Positions 1 to 7,625 of a stretch of 13,527 nucleotides of DNA are shown in pieces; position 1 is the stretch's first letter; every line of letters starts with the position of its first letter. The translations under genes and the position numbers were made by a program. The notes beneath the pieces were generated by a model. It ran no database searches. It was not told where the DNA came from and worked only from the letters and a program-made list of their open reading frames with translations. This stretch comes from a virus (Duplodnaviria > Heunggongvirae > Uroviricota > Caudoviricetes): the IMG/VR virus record IMGVR_UViG_3300000553_000021, positions 1 to 13,527 of that record, one strand, 5' to 3'.

Positions 1-132
1 CAAAAGTATATTGATGTGGATAAGATATTTGAAGCAGAATTAGAAAACAAAATGGATGATTTCTATAAAGCATTAGGTTGGGAAAAATCATCATTCAGTT
101 CAAAGAAATTAGAGGAATTTTTCTCCTTTTAA
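1..132 (+). CDS. C-terminal end (partial) of phage family-B DNA polymerase (gp43-like)
   Basis: Frame 1 reads QKYIDVDKIFEAELENKMDDFYKALGWEKSSFSSKKLEEFFSF*. This matches the typical T4-like polymerase tail (YID..K.F......LGW.....LE.FF) ending in a hydrophobic clamp-binding peptide. It lies directly upstream of a clamp-like gene. Catalytic motifs are outside the window. Confidence 0.72.
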   Translation, partial: QKYIDVDKIFEAELENKMDDFYKALGWEKSSFSSKKLEEFFSF

Positions 133-164
133 TTTGGTAGATTGAAAATAAAATCGTATATTAG
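133..164 (+). promoter_or_regulatory. Bacteroidota-type primary-sigma promoter (-33 TTTG / -7 TAnnTTTG-like)
   Basis: TTTG at 133-136, 20-nt spacer, TATATTAG at 157-164 (one mismatch to TAnnTTTG), followed by an A-rich SD-less leader to ATG 189. Confidence 0.6.
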
Positions 165-188
165 ACATATAAATAAAACATAAACAAA

Positions 189-908
189 ATGAACAAAACA
201 AGAATTACCCGTTTTATCAGCAAATACAATTTAGCTGGATTGGTTGAATCAGTAGCTTGGACTACCGATGGACAAAAATTGAATACTCGTTTTATCGCAG
301 ATGATAAGACAGTATTAGGTGAAATCACTTTAGATAACTTTAACTTTGAACAAGCTGAGTTAGGTATCTATACAACTTCTAACTTAAATAAAATGTTATC
401 AGTATTAGGTGATGATGTTGATTTAGAAGTTCAAAAGGTAGAGGACAAATCTATCGCATTAGGTTTAGGTACAGATGGTATTAAGGCAGCATATCAGTTA
501 GCTGATTTAAGTGTTATTCCAAATGTTCCTGAATTAAAATCATTACCACCATTTGATGTGGAGATTGATTTAGATGGTAAGTTTATTGACAAATTCATCA
601 AAGCTAAGAACGCATTGAGTGATGTTGATACATTCACTGTCTTAACTGAAAAAGGTAATTTGAATATCGTTATGGGTTACTCAAATGTAAACTCAAACAG
701 AATTACATTCAAAGCAGCAGAAAACTATGGTACGGATGTAAAACCTATTTCATTCTCTGCAAAGTATTTGAAAGAGATTTTAACAGCTAACAAAGAAGCA
801 ACATCTGCAAAATTATTAGTATCTACAAAAGGATTAGCTCACATTCAATTCATCATTGATGATTTCGTTTGTCGCTATTACCTAGTGGAAGTGCAACTTT
901 CCGCTTAA
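189..908 (+). CDS. DNA polymerase sliding clamp (gp45/PCNA-like)
   Basis: 239 aa, the size of a two-domain trimeric clamp, with an alternating beta/alpha pattern and a C-terminal YYLV strand. Sits between the polymerase (with clamp-binding tail) and two clamp-loader subunits. The call relies heavily on context. Confidence 0.75.
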   Translation: MNKTRITRFISKYNLAGLVESVAWTTDGQKLNTRFIADDKTVLGEITLDNFNFEQAELGIYTTSNLNKMLSVLGDDVDLEVQKVEDKSIALGLGTDGIKAAYQLADLSVIPNVPELKSLPPFDVEIDLDGKFIDKFIKAKNALSDVDTFTVLTEKGNLNIVMGYSNVNSNRITFKAAENYGTDVKPISFSAKYLKEILTANKEATSAKLLVSTKGLAHIQFIIDDFVCRYYLVEVQLSA

Positions 909-932
909 TATTTTTATTTAGTAGAAGTGTAA
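876..932 (+). repeat. Imperfect in-frame direct duplication of the clamp C-terminal codons (period 36 nt)
   Basis: 876-896 TAT TAC CTA GTG GAA GTG CAA (YYLVEVQ) vs 912-932 TTT TAT TTA GTA GAA GTG TAA (FYLVEV*). 16/21 nt identical; three of the five differences are synonymous. Confidence 0.7.
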
Positions 933-947
933 CAAAATATTATTTTC

Positions 948-960
948 TTATATTTATATA
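948..960 (+). promoter_or_regulatory. Putative phage late-promoter motif TTATATTTATATA (core TATTTATA 951-958) upstream of the HNH gene
   Basis: Near-identical 13-mer TTATACTTATATA at 6950-6962 and core TATTTATA at 12715-12722, each in an intergenic gap just before a start codon. Confidence 0.5.
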
Positions 961-969
961 AAAGAATAT

Positions 970-1572
970 ATGAATTACATAAAAATATACAATCAACTAA
1001 TTGAAAATGCACAATGTAGAAATAAACCAACTTGTTATCTTGAGAAACATCATATAATTCCAAAAAGTGAAGGAGGTTCAAACAGCAATACCAATTTGGT
1101 TTATTTAACTGCAAAAGAACATTTTATAGCACATAAATTATTATATGTTATAGAACCAACAAATTACAATAGGATGATGTCATTTTTAATGATGAGTAAT
1201 CGTTTCAACACAAAATGGGGAAACACATATGAGGAAGCAAGAATATCATTTTCTGAAAATCATCATTATAAAAGTGAAAAAATTAGAATGATTATGGCAA
1301 AACCTAAAACCGAAGAGCATAAACAAAAAATATCAGCAGCACATAAAGGTAAACAAAAAACTAAAGAACATATTGAAAATATGAAAGCAAGTTTACCAGA
1401 TAGGCATGGTGAAAATAATGCAAATTATGGAAAAGGTGAACCTGTTATAATAGATGGTGTTGATTATCCAAATGTAGCTCACGCTTATAAAAAATTAGGA
1501 ATATTAAAATCAACAGCATATTATTTCTTAAAAAGTGATAAACATCCAAATTGGAAATATAAAAATAAATAA
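970..1572 (+). CDS. Free-standing HNH homing endonuclease (T4 Mob-like) with NUMOD3 repeats
   Basis: N-terminus MNYIKIYNQLI...EKHHIIPKSEGGSNSNTNLVYLTAKEHFIAHKLL is the Mob-type HNH signature. Two NUMOD3-like motifs (KTEEHKQKISAAHKG, KTKEHIENMKAS). C-terminal IIDGVDYPNVAHAYKKLGI HTH-like DNA-binding domain. Confidence 0.9.
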   Translation: MNYIKIYNQLIENAQCRNKPTCYLEKHHIIPKSEGGSNSNTNLVYLTAKEHFIAHKLLYVIEPTNYNRMMSFLMMSNRFNTKWGNTYEEARISFSENHHYKSEKIRMIMAKPKTEEHKQKISAAHKGKQKTKEHIENMKASLPDRHGENNANYGKGEPVIIDGVDYPNVAHAYKKLGILKSTAYYFLKSDKHPNWKYKNK

Positions 1573-1576
1573 AAAG

Positions 1577-1717
1577 ATGAATAATCAATTACAACAATGG
1601 CATTCAGCAGTGCATGAATCTGCCTATTTAATATCTATCGGTAAAATAGATGAAGCACAAAAACTTTTAGCTAAACTGGATTATGAATTACATGACGCAG
1701 TTAATCAATCAGCATAA
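1577..1717 (+). CDS. Small hypothetical protein (46 aa, helical)
   Basis: ATG 1577 lies 4 nt after the HNH stop and is preferred over 1535, which is inside the HNH gene. The stop overlaps the next start (TAATG). MNNQLQQWHSAVHESAYLISIGKIDEAQKLLAKLDYELHDAVNQSA. Confidence 0.6.
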   Translation: MNNQLQQWHSAVHESAYLISIGKIDEAQKLLAKLDYELHDAVNQSA

Positions 1718-3282
1718 TGAATTATACAAAGAAATATTTTTACGAAAGAAGTGATTGGTTTTATGATCCGGAAATGAATCTCAAGTACGAACAAGTGCTT
1801 GAGATGTCATTCCCTGACTTCGAAAAGTGGGTAGCCAACTTTAAGAAAACTGCATTGAAACAATGGGATGAGACTGGTGCTCCTCCTAAGATTGGTGTTA
1901 ATGAAGCAGAAATCATTGAGAATTTTTCTAAACTACAAGGTTATAAGATAACTAAGTTTGAGGAAAAAGATGATGATGGAAATGAAGTAATATTCAATTT
2001 CAATAAGTTTGCAACTCCAGTAAATCAATTCTTTCCTGCTATGTACAAAACTGCTATCGGTGGTAGTACATATGATAAACCAAAACCATCTATCTACGAA
2101 ATATTTGCATCGGATGACTATTTAGAGTTATTCACAAAGCAAATGAGAAGATTGACAAGACAAGATGGTATGTATCGTTTCTCTAAAACTCTACATAAAG
2201 ATAATCCAGAGTTCCATAATTCACACTTAACAACTGGTAAGGAGTGGATTGAGAAATGGCAAAGTGGTGATAAAGAAGATGGATTGGGATTTGCATTATC
2301 ACAAGCAGATAGTAGAATACCAAGTTTACCAATTTCAGCAGATGAAGTAAGAGAATTATACAAAAGTGGTGTGTTAGAATATAAACATATTGCATCCCTA
2401 AAAACAGCAGATTGGGGTGAGAATATAGATAACTTAGTTGATTTACCCAAACAACCAATTCAAATCAGGGTGTACCCATTGGGTCAGAGAATTTTTCCTG
2501 AAGCAACAGCCGCATTTCGAATTGGTATGGGTTCTCAACCAGCCGTAAACTTCCCACCATTAACTGCAAAGTATCTCTATGAAAGATTTACTCAACACAT
2601 TAAAGGACAGGATAAAATCAATATCTATGACCCTTCAAGTGGGTGGGGTGGTAGAATATTAGGAGCGTTAAGTGTTGGTGATAGAAACATTCACTACATT
2701 GGAAATGACCCTAATACTGAAAACCAAATACCTGAAATAGGAAAGACTCGTTATGAATACTTAGCTGAGTTCTTTAATACACAAGTACCGGGTGTTGCAA
2801 ATCCATTTTGGGGACATCAGAATACATATGAAATCTTTACAACTGGTTCAGAAATAATAGCAGATGATCCTAGATTTCAAAAGTATAAAGGACAATTAGA
2901 TTTTGTATTTACTTCTCCACCATACTTTGATAGAGAAAGATATTCAGATGATGATACACAATCATTTAAAAAATTCAATTCATATGAAAGTTGGAGAGAT
3001 GGTTTCTTAAAGCCAACCCTAACAACTGCATTTGAATATCTTAAAAATGATAGATACATTTGCTGGAACATCGCAGATATCAAAGTGGGTAAAGATAAAT
3101 GGTTTACATTAGAACAAGATAGTATTGATGTACTTACAAGTTTAGGTATGGAATACAAAGGTAAACTTAGAATGACAATGAGCCCGATGACAGGTGTAGA
3201 TTTAAGTGGTGTAAAGAACTCTATGAAATTAGAAGGAACATCATATAAATACGAACCAATTTTTATATTTTATAAACCATAA
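1717..3282 (+). CDS. Amino-type (N4-cytosine/N6-adenine) DNA methyltransferase with long N-terminal region
   Basis: SAM-binding motif I IYDPSSGWGGRILGA followed about 90 aa later by catalytic motif IV FVFTSPPYFDRERY. About 300 aa precede motif I. Confidence 0.85.
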   Translation: MNYTKKYFYERSDWFYDPEMNLKYEQVLEMSFPDFEKWVANFKKTALKQWDETGAPPKIGVNEAEIIENFSKLQGYKITKFEEKDDDGNEVIFNFNKFATPVNQFFPAMYKTAIGGSTYDKPKPSIYEIFASDDYLELFTKQMRRLTRQDGMYRFSKTLHKDNPEFHNSHLTTGKEWIEKWQSGDKEDGLGFALSQADSRIPSLPISADEVRELYKSGVLEYKHIASLKTADWGENIDNLVDLPKQPIQIRVYPLGQRIFPEATAAFRIGMGSQPAVNFPPLTAKYLYERFTQHIKGQDKINIYDPSSGWGGRILGALSVGDRNIHYIGNDPNTENQIPEIGKTRYEYLAEFFNTQVPGVANPFWGHQNTYEIFTTGSEIIADDPRFQKYKGQLDFVFTSPPYFDRERYSDDDTQSFKKFNSYESWRDGFLKPTLTTAFEYLKNDRYICWNIADIKVGKDKWFTLEQDSIDVLTSLGMEYKGKLRMTMSPMTGVDLSGVKNSMKLEGTSYKYEPIFIFYKP

Positions 3283-3284
3283 TA

Positions 3285-3713
3285 ATGAAAGTACGAATTA
3301 AAAAATTAAGTGAAAATGCAGTAATACCAACCTATGCAAAAGATGGAGATGCCGGTATGGATTTGGTAGCAACATCAATTAAGTTTGATGGTACTCAAGT
3401 TACATACGGAACAGGATTAGCAATGGAAATACCAGAAGGATTTGTAGGATTAGTGTTTCCTCGTTCATCTATACGCAAAACCGATTTATCATTGAGTAAT
3501 TCAGTAGGTGTGATTGATAGTGGTTATAGAGGTGAAATACAAGCAACTTTTAATCAAAAATCTTTATCTAAAGATGGCCAAATTTTATATGGAGTTGGTG
3601 ATAGAATTATGCAAATTATAATTATCCCATACCCACCAATTGAGTTTGAAGAAGTAGAAGAATTAAATAACACCGAAAGAGGCGAAGGTGGTTTCGGTTC
3701 AACTGGAAAATAA
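3285..3713 (+). CDS. dut: Trimeric dUTPase
   Basis: Conserved dUTPase motifs: AGMDL, FPRSS, GVIDSGYRGEI, MQIII, RGEGGFGSTG. Confidence 0.97.
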   Translation: MKVRIKKLSENAVIPTYAKDGDAGMDLVATSIKFDGTQVTYGTGLAMEIPEGFVGLVFPRSSIRKTDLSLSNSVGVIDSGYRGEIQATFNQKSLSKDGQILYGVGDRIMQIIIIPYPPIEFEEVEELNNTERGEGGFGSTGK

Positions 3714-3714
3714 T

Positions 3715-4920
3715 ATGAAAATATATTTACACGGACCATTAGATAGTCCTACTAATAGGGCTTTGTTTTACAATACAAAATATTGGAATGATTTTTCTAA
3801 AATTATCATATTAGAACCATCACATGAAATAGGTGATGAACTACGTGAAAAATTAAAAGAACATCAAACTGACTTTTTGAATAAGAATGGGTTTGTGTTA
3901 GATAAAGAATTTGATGCAATATATGAGGAGGGTATTCACATAGTACCCTCCAATATACATGGATTACAGGATAGAATAGCAGAATATGGTAGTAATAGTA
4001 AATATTATATCTTTGATACTGCTAATTTAGAGCCACTTAATATATTTGATAGTATTAAAAGAATTAAGGATAATTCAAATTGTATATTCTTTACATCACT
4101 TTGGTATGAGTTTGCAAATAAAAAATTTGATTTTGGATTTCTATTAAGAAAATTTATTTCAAATAGAATTGTATTTCAACATTATCATTGTAACGATATT
4201 TTTAAGAAAACTCCAAAACAATATCGAATGGATTTGAGTATTAGAAATTTTCCTCAAAAAGATGAAAGAATTGAATTATTAAACTCACTTAGAAATCACG
4301 CTAAAGAAAACATTTATTTAAGGGTAAATGATTATTATGTAAATAGAATGCGAGAGTTAAGAGAGTTTGCAACATTACATAATAATACAGATAAACTTAC
4401 ACAATACAAACATGAATTTTTTATTTTAGATAAGATTGATTTAAATGTAGTTAAGACGAGTGATTTAGTAGCAGGAATACAAGACCATATTGGAACACTT
4501 AAGTTATATGAAGTAACTCTATCATCGGATATTCAAATAATGTTTGAATCAAATCAAAACACATTATATAGAACTGACCCAATCGGTTATTGTAATATCA
4601 CAGAAAAAACAATAGATAATCTTTTAATAGAAAAACCATTTATAATTTGTAGTAAAGTAGCATATGTTTTTTTAAAAGAAATGGGGTTTGAAACATATGA
4701 GGATGAATTGGGTATAGATTATAATGATGTATTTGATAATTTTGATTTGACAGTTAGAAAATTAAAACAAAATATAATTCGTATATCGGAATTACCAGAG
4801 GATGAATATCAAACAATGTTATCTAAATTGATGGAAAAATCCACAATAAATAGAGCAAAATGTTTGGAATATATAGAAAATAATACTATCTTAGAGGATA
4901 TAATAAACAATAAAATATAA
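3715..4920 (+). CDS. Uncharacterised protein, possibly GT-B-fold glycosyltransferase-like (401 aa)
   Basis: ATG 3715 follows the dut stop and is preferred over 3688. C-terminal half has DIQIMFES...NITEKT..LLIEKPFII...FLKEMGFETY, resembling the ITEK/KPF/GF.T nucleotide-sugar-binding region of GT10/YkvP-like GT-B proteins. The ORF is certain; the function is tentative. Confidence 0.45.
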   Translation: MKIYLHGPLDSPTNRALFYNTKYWNDFSKIIILEPSHEIGDELREKLKEHQTDFLNKNGFVLDKEFDAIYEEGIHIVPSNIHGLQDRIAEYGSNSKYYIFDTANLEPLNIFDSIKRIKDNSNCIFFTSLWYEFANKKFDFGFLLRKFISNRIVFQHYHCNDIFKKTPKQYRMDLSIRNFPQKDERIELLNSLRNHAKENIYLRVNDYYVNRMRELREFATLHNNTDKLTQYKHEFFILDKIDLNVVKTSDLVAGIQDHIGTLKLYEVTLSSDIQIMFESNQNTLYRTDPIGYCNITEKTIDNLLIEKPFIICSKVAYVFLKEMGFETYEDELGIDYNDVFDNFDLTVRKLKQNIIRISELPEDEYQTMLSKLMEKSTINRAKCLEYIENNTILEDIINNKI

Positions 4921-4923
4921 ATT

Positions 4924-5874
4924 ATGAGTTTCTTTGAACAAGACAAATCAGTAAAACAAGAAAACACATTGTGGGTAGAAAAATATAGACCACAAACTTT
5001 AAACGATTATATAGGAAATGAACTTCTTAAAGAAAAAGTTCAATCTTATTTAGATAATAATGATGTTCCACATTTACTTCTTTATGGTAAAGCAGGTACA
5101 GGTAAAACAACATTGGCAAAAATCATAGCAAACACAATTGAATGTGATTATATGGTAATAAATGCATCAGATGAAAACAATGTTGAGACAGTACGAAATA
5201 AAGTAAAGAATTTTGCAAGTGGTGCAGGTTTCAAAGGATTCAAAATCATTATATTAGATGAGTTTGATTATATGACACCAAACGCACAGGCAATCCTTCG
5301 TAACTTAATGGAAACATTCAGTAGACACACTAGATTCATTCTAACTTGTAACTATCATGAAAAAATTATCGAACCAATTTTAAGTAGATGTCAAACTTTT
5401 GCAGTAAATCCACCATCTAAAAAAGAAGTGGCAGTTCATGTAACTGATATCTTAACTAAAGAGAGTATTAAGTATGATATTAAAGATGTAGCAGATATTA
5501 TTAGTAGTTTTTATCCAGATATTAGAAGGATTATGAATACCTGCCAATTACAATCATCTAAAGGTGAATTAAAGGTAGATAGACAAACTATATTGCAAGC
5601 CGATTTCAAAAATAAAATTGTAGATATTTTGGCAAGTGGTGAGGAAAAACGAAATGCATATGGACAAATTAGACAATTGGTGGGGGATAATAAAGTAAAT
5701 GATTTTGCAGAACTTTATTCAGCATTATACGAAAGATTAGATGATTATGCAAATGGAAATACAGCAAATGTAATCTTAGAATTATCACAAGGACAATTTA
5801 GAGATGCATTGGTTATAGATAAAGAAATATGTTTTATGGCAACAATTATAGCAATTATTAACATTATAAAATAA
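4924..5874 (+). CDS. Clamp loader AAA+ ATPase subunit (RFC small subunit / T4 gp44-like)
   Basis: LWVEKYRP box, Walker A GKAGTGKT, INASDE, Walker B IILDEFD, SRC arginine-finger motif, DIRR. Confidence 0.93.
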   Translation: MSFFEQDKSVKQENTLWVEKYRPQTLNDYIGNELLKEKVQSYLDNNDVPHLLLYGKAGTGKTTLAKIIANTIECDYMVINASDENNVETVRNKVKNFASGAGFKGFKIIILDEFDYMTPNAQAILRNLMETFSRHTRFILTCNYHEKIIEPILSRCQTFAVNPPSKKEVAVHVTDILTKESIKYDIKDVADIISSFYPDIRRIMNTCQLQSSKGELKVDRQTILQADFKNKIVDILASGEEKRNAYGQIRQLVGDNKVNDFAELYSALYERLDDYANGNTANVILELSQGQFRDALVIDKEICFMATIIAIINIIK

Positions 5875-5879
5875 AGAAT

Positions 5880-6188
5880 ATGAGTAAAGAGTTTCAATTA
5901 GCAAAACCAATTGGAGATAGATTATTATTAGAGATCGAAGTTACTGAAAAAACAATTGGTGGTATTATTATCCCAGATTCAGTAAAAACAGGTGATAACA
6001 AAATTGCAAAAGTAGTAGCAACGGGTGACGGGGTTTATACACAGGGTGGTGTTAAAGTTCCTATGACAGTAAAGGTAGGTGATAAAGTATTATTACCAAC
6101 AAGTGAAATGGCAGTACAAAAGATTAAGTTAGGAGATAAGGACTACTTTATGTGTAGAGAAATGGACTTATTATTAGTAATTAGATAA
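5880..6188 (+). CDS. groES: Co-chaperonin GroES/Cpn10
   Basis: KPIGDRLLL, mobile loop TIGGIIIPD, AKVVATGDG, VPMTVKVGDKVL, C-terminal REMDLLLVI; 102 aa. Confidence 0.92.
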   Translation: MSKEFQLAKPIGDRLLLEIEVTEKTIGGIIIPDSVKTGDNKIAKVVATGDGVYTQGGVKVPMTVKVGDKVLLPTSEMAVQKIKLGDKDYFMCREMDLLLVIR

Positions 6189-6198
6189 AACATATATT

Positions 6199-6456
6199 AT
6201 GCAACCAATGGATTTAAGCAAGTTAGGGCAATCACAACAAGCACCAGCAGATTTAAGTAAAACAACCGCAATTGAATGTAAATGTGGAGGACAATTTTTC
6301 TCACCTGGATTACATTTTAGAAAAGAAAGTGCATTAGCAAGTGCAAGTGGAAAAGAACAAGTTATTCCAGTAGAAATTTATTTATGTATTGATTGTGGTG
6401 AAGTATTAGAAGATTTATTACCAAAAGAATTAAGACCAGATAATGGCGAAAATTAA
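6199..6456 (+). CDS. Small zinc-ribbon protein
   Basis: 85 aa with CKC and CIDC cysteine pairs about 35 aa apart. Overlaps the next gene by 14 nt. Confidence 0.7.
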   Translation: MQPMDLSKLGQSQQAPADLSKTTAIECKCGGQFFSPGLHFRKESALASASGKEQVIPVEIYLCIDCGEVLEDLLPKELRPDNGEN

Positions 6457-6931
6457 AAAAGAAACAAACGAAGTTACAGCAAAGAGATTGGGTTTATTTG
6501 ACCATATCTCAGCTGTAACCGAATATCAAGATCCAAATTATTGGAAAAATATTTCTGATGATGATAAAAAAACCTTTGGTAATTTTATTATTCAAAGATA
6601 TCTATCTATGAATCCTGATTGGATAGAATGGATAGCAGATGTTCAACCATATATTCAATCTCTACCTAATGAATATTTTTATCGTTTTTTTATTGATATG
6701 ATTCCACCTAAAAAATATTATTTAAAATATATTAAAGGTAAGAAAGCAAATGATTATGAAGATTGGATAGTTGATTTAATTGTTAAAGAATATAAATGTT
6801 CAACAAAAGAAGCAAATGATTATTTGGAAATTTTATATTCAACTAAAAATGGTAGAGAACAAATTCTTAATATTTGCAACAAATATGGTATCGAAAAGAA
6901 ATTGATAACATCCTTAAAATTAAAAATCTGA
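6443..6931 (+). CDS. Clamp loader A subunit (T4 gp62-like)
   Basis: LFDHISAV...FIIQRYLSM...YFYRFFIDMIPPKKYYLKYIK...LIVKEYKCSTKEANDYLEIL follows the gp62 family pattern. 162 aa, near the gp44-like ATPase. Confidence 0.8.
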   Translation: MAKIKKETNEVTAKRLGLFDHISAVTEYQDPNYWKNISDDDKKTFGNFIIQRYLSMNPDWIEWIADVQPYIQSLPNEYFYRFFIDMIPPKKYYLKYIKGKKANDYEDWIVDLIVKEYKCSTKEANDYLEILYSTKNGREQILNICNKYGIEKKLITSLKLKI

Positions 6932-6938
6932 TAATAAT

Positions 6939-6983
6939 CATATGTTCCTTTATACTTATATAGGTAAAAGGAGTTAACATATG
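6939..6983 (+). promoter_or_regulatory. RBS/AUG-sequestering hairpin with putative late promoter (TACTTATA 6953-6960) in its loop
   Basis: CATATGTT (6939-6946) is the exact reverse complement of AACATATG (6976-6983, includes the ATG). CCTTT (6947-6951) pairs with AAAGG (6967-6971, SD-like AAAGGAG 6967-6973). Confidence 0.62.
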
Positions 6984-7625
6984 AAAGCAAAGTTATTAAA
7001 AATTGATTGGAAGCACTATTTTGAAATAGGTATCCTTAGTTTATTTGGTGCATGGGTTATATTTGCACTATGTTTTTCATTATATGCAGTTGGTTTGCAT
7101 TTTTTTGGTGGGGAAGGCCAAGAACAATCATTAGCAAATCAATTTAGCTGGAAATTTGATGGAACATTCAAAAATAGTCCAGGTAACATTTGGTATAATG
7201 CAGATGAACAAATTTGGGTAGAAAGTGTAACTAACGAAGTTAAAATAGGTAAGTTAGCTGGTAATAGAAAATTAGAATTTGGTGTTAAGAATATTTTAGA
7301 AGAATATTTACAAGATAAGGGATATAATTTATCTCCAAATGCACCAAACAAATTATCAGTTCAAATCATCTTTTTAGATGTTTTAAATACAAAGAAAAAT
7401 ATTTCCGTTTTCCATAGTGGTGAAGAGGAAGTTGTTATCCGTTTGAGAGGTGTATTAAAATCTCAAGGTAAAAAGGATAAGGTAGTTATAGTAGAAGAGT
7501 CCTCATCTGAAATTTCAATGAGCACATTGATAGTTGACGAAGGTGGTAGTTTCAATCAAACAAGTTTAAGTAATGCACTTAAAAAAGGTTGTGACAAGCT
7601 AATCACAAAACTATCGGAGAAATAA
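6981..7625 (+). CDS. Membrane-anchored protein with possible CsgG/HfaB-like (TolB-N-type alpha/beta) domain
   Basis: N-terminal TM helix (IGILSLFGAWVIFALCFSLYAVGLHFF). Then strand-helix (FGVKNILEEYLQDKGY), two hairpin-like segments (VLNTKKNISVFHSGEEEVVIRLRG; IVEESSSEISMSTLIV) and a final helix (SLSNALKKGCDKLI), in the same order as CsgG-family proteins. Fold call by pattern only. Confidence 0.45.
   Translation: MKAKLLKIDWKHYFEIGILSLFGAWVIFALCFSLYAVGLHFFGGEGQEQSLANQFSWKFDGTFKNSPGNIWYNADEQIWVESVTNEVKIGKLAGNRKLEFGVKNILEEYLQDKGYNLSPNAPNKLSVQIIFLDVLNTKKNISVFHSGEEEVVIRLRGVLKSQGKKDKVVIVEESSSEISMSTLIVDEGGSFNQTSLSNALKKGCDKLITKLSEK

Larger units (their letters stand above)
909..1714 (+). mobile_element. 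Probable homing-endonuclease insertion between clamp and methyltransferase (boundaries approximate)
   Basis: HNH gene with its own promoter motif, flanked upstream by a duplicated clamp C-terminus and downstream by a small ORF ending V-x-x-S-A-stop like the clamp. Confidence 0.45.

Noticed and set aside
168-175. Sense-strand TATAAATA (T4 late promoter consensus) before the clamp
   Set aside because: Embedded in an A-rich leader where it can arise by chance; a better-spaced Bacteroidota-type promoter explains the gap. Not fully excluded.
1535-1576. Upstream start for the small ORF given by the track
   Set aside because: Lies inside the HNH gene; ATG 1577 just after the HNH stop is more plausible.
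2150-2480. Possible intein or insertion in the methyltransferase N-terminal region
   Set aside because: No Cys/Ser start paired with a His-Asn end, and no LAGLIDADG blocks.
3688-3714. Upstream start for the 410-aa ORF
   Set aside because: Overlaps the conserved dUTPase motif 5; ATG 3715 follows the dut stop directly.
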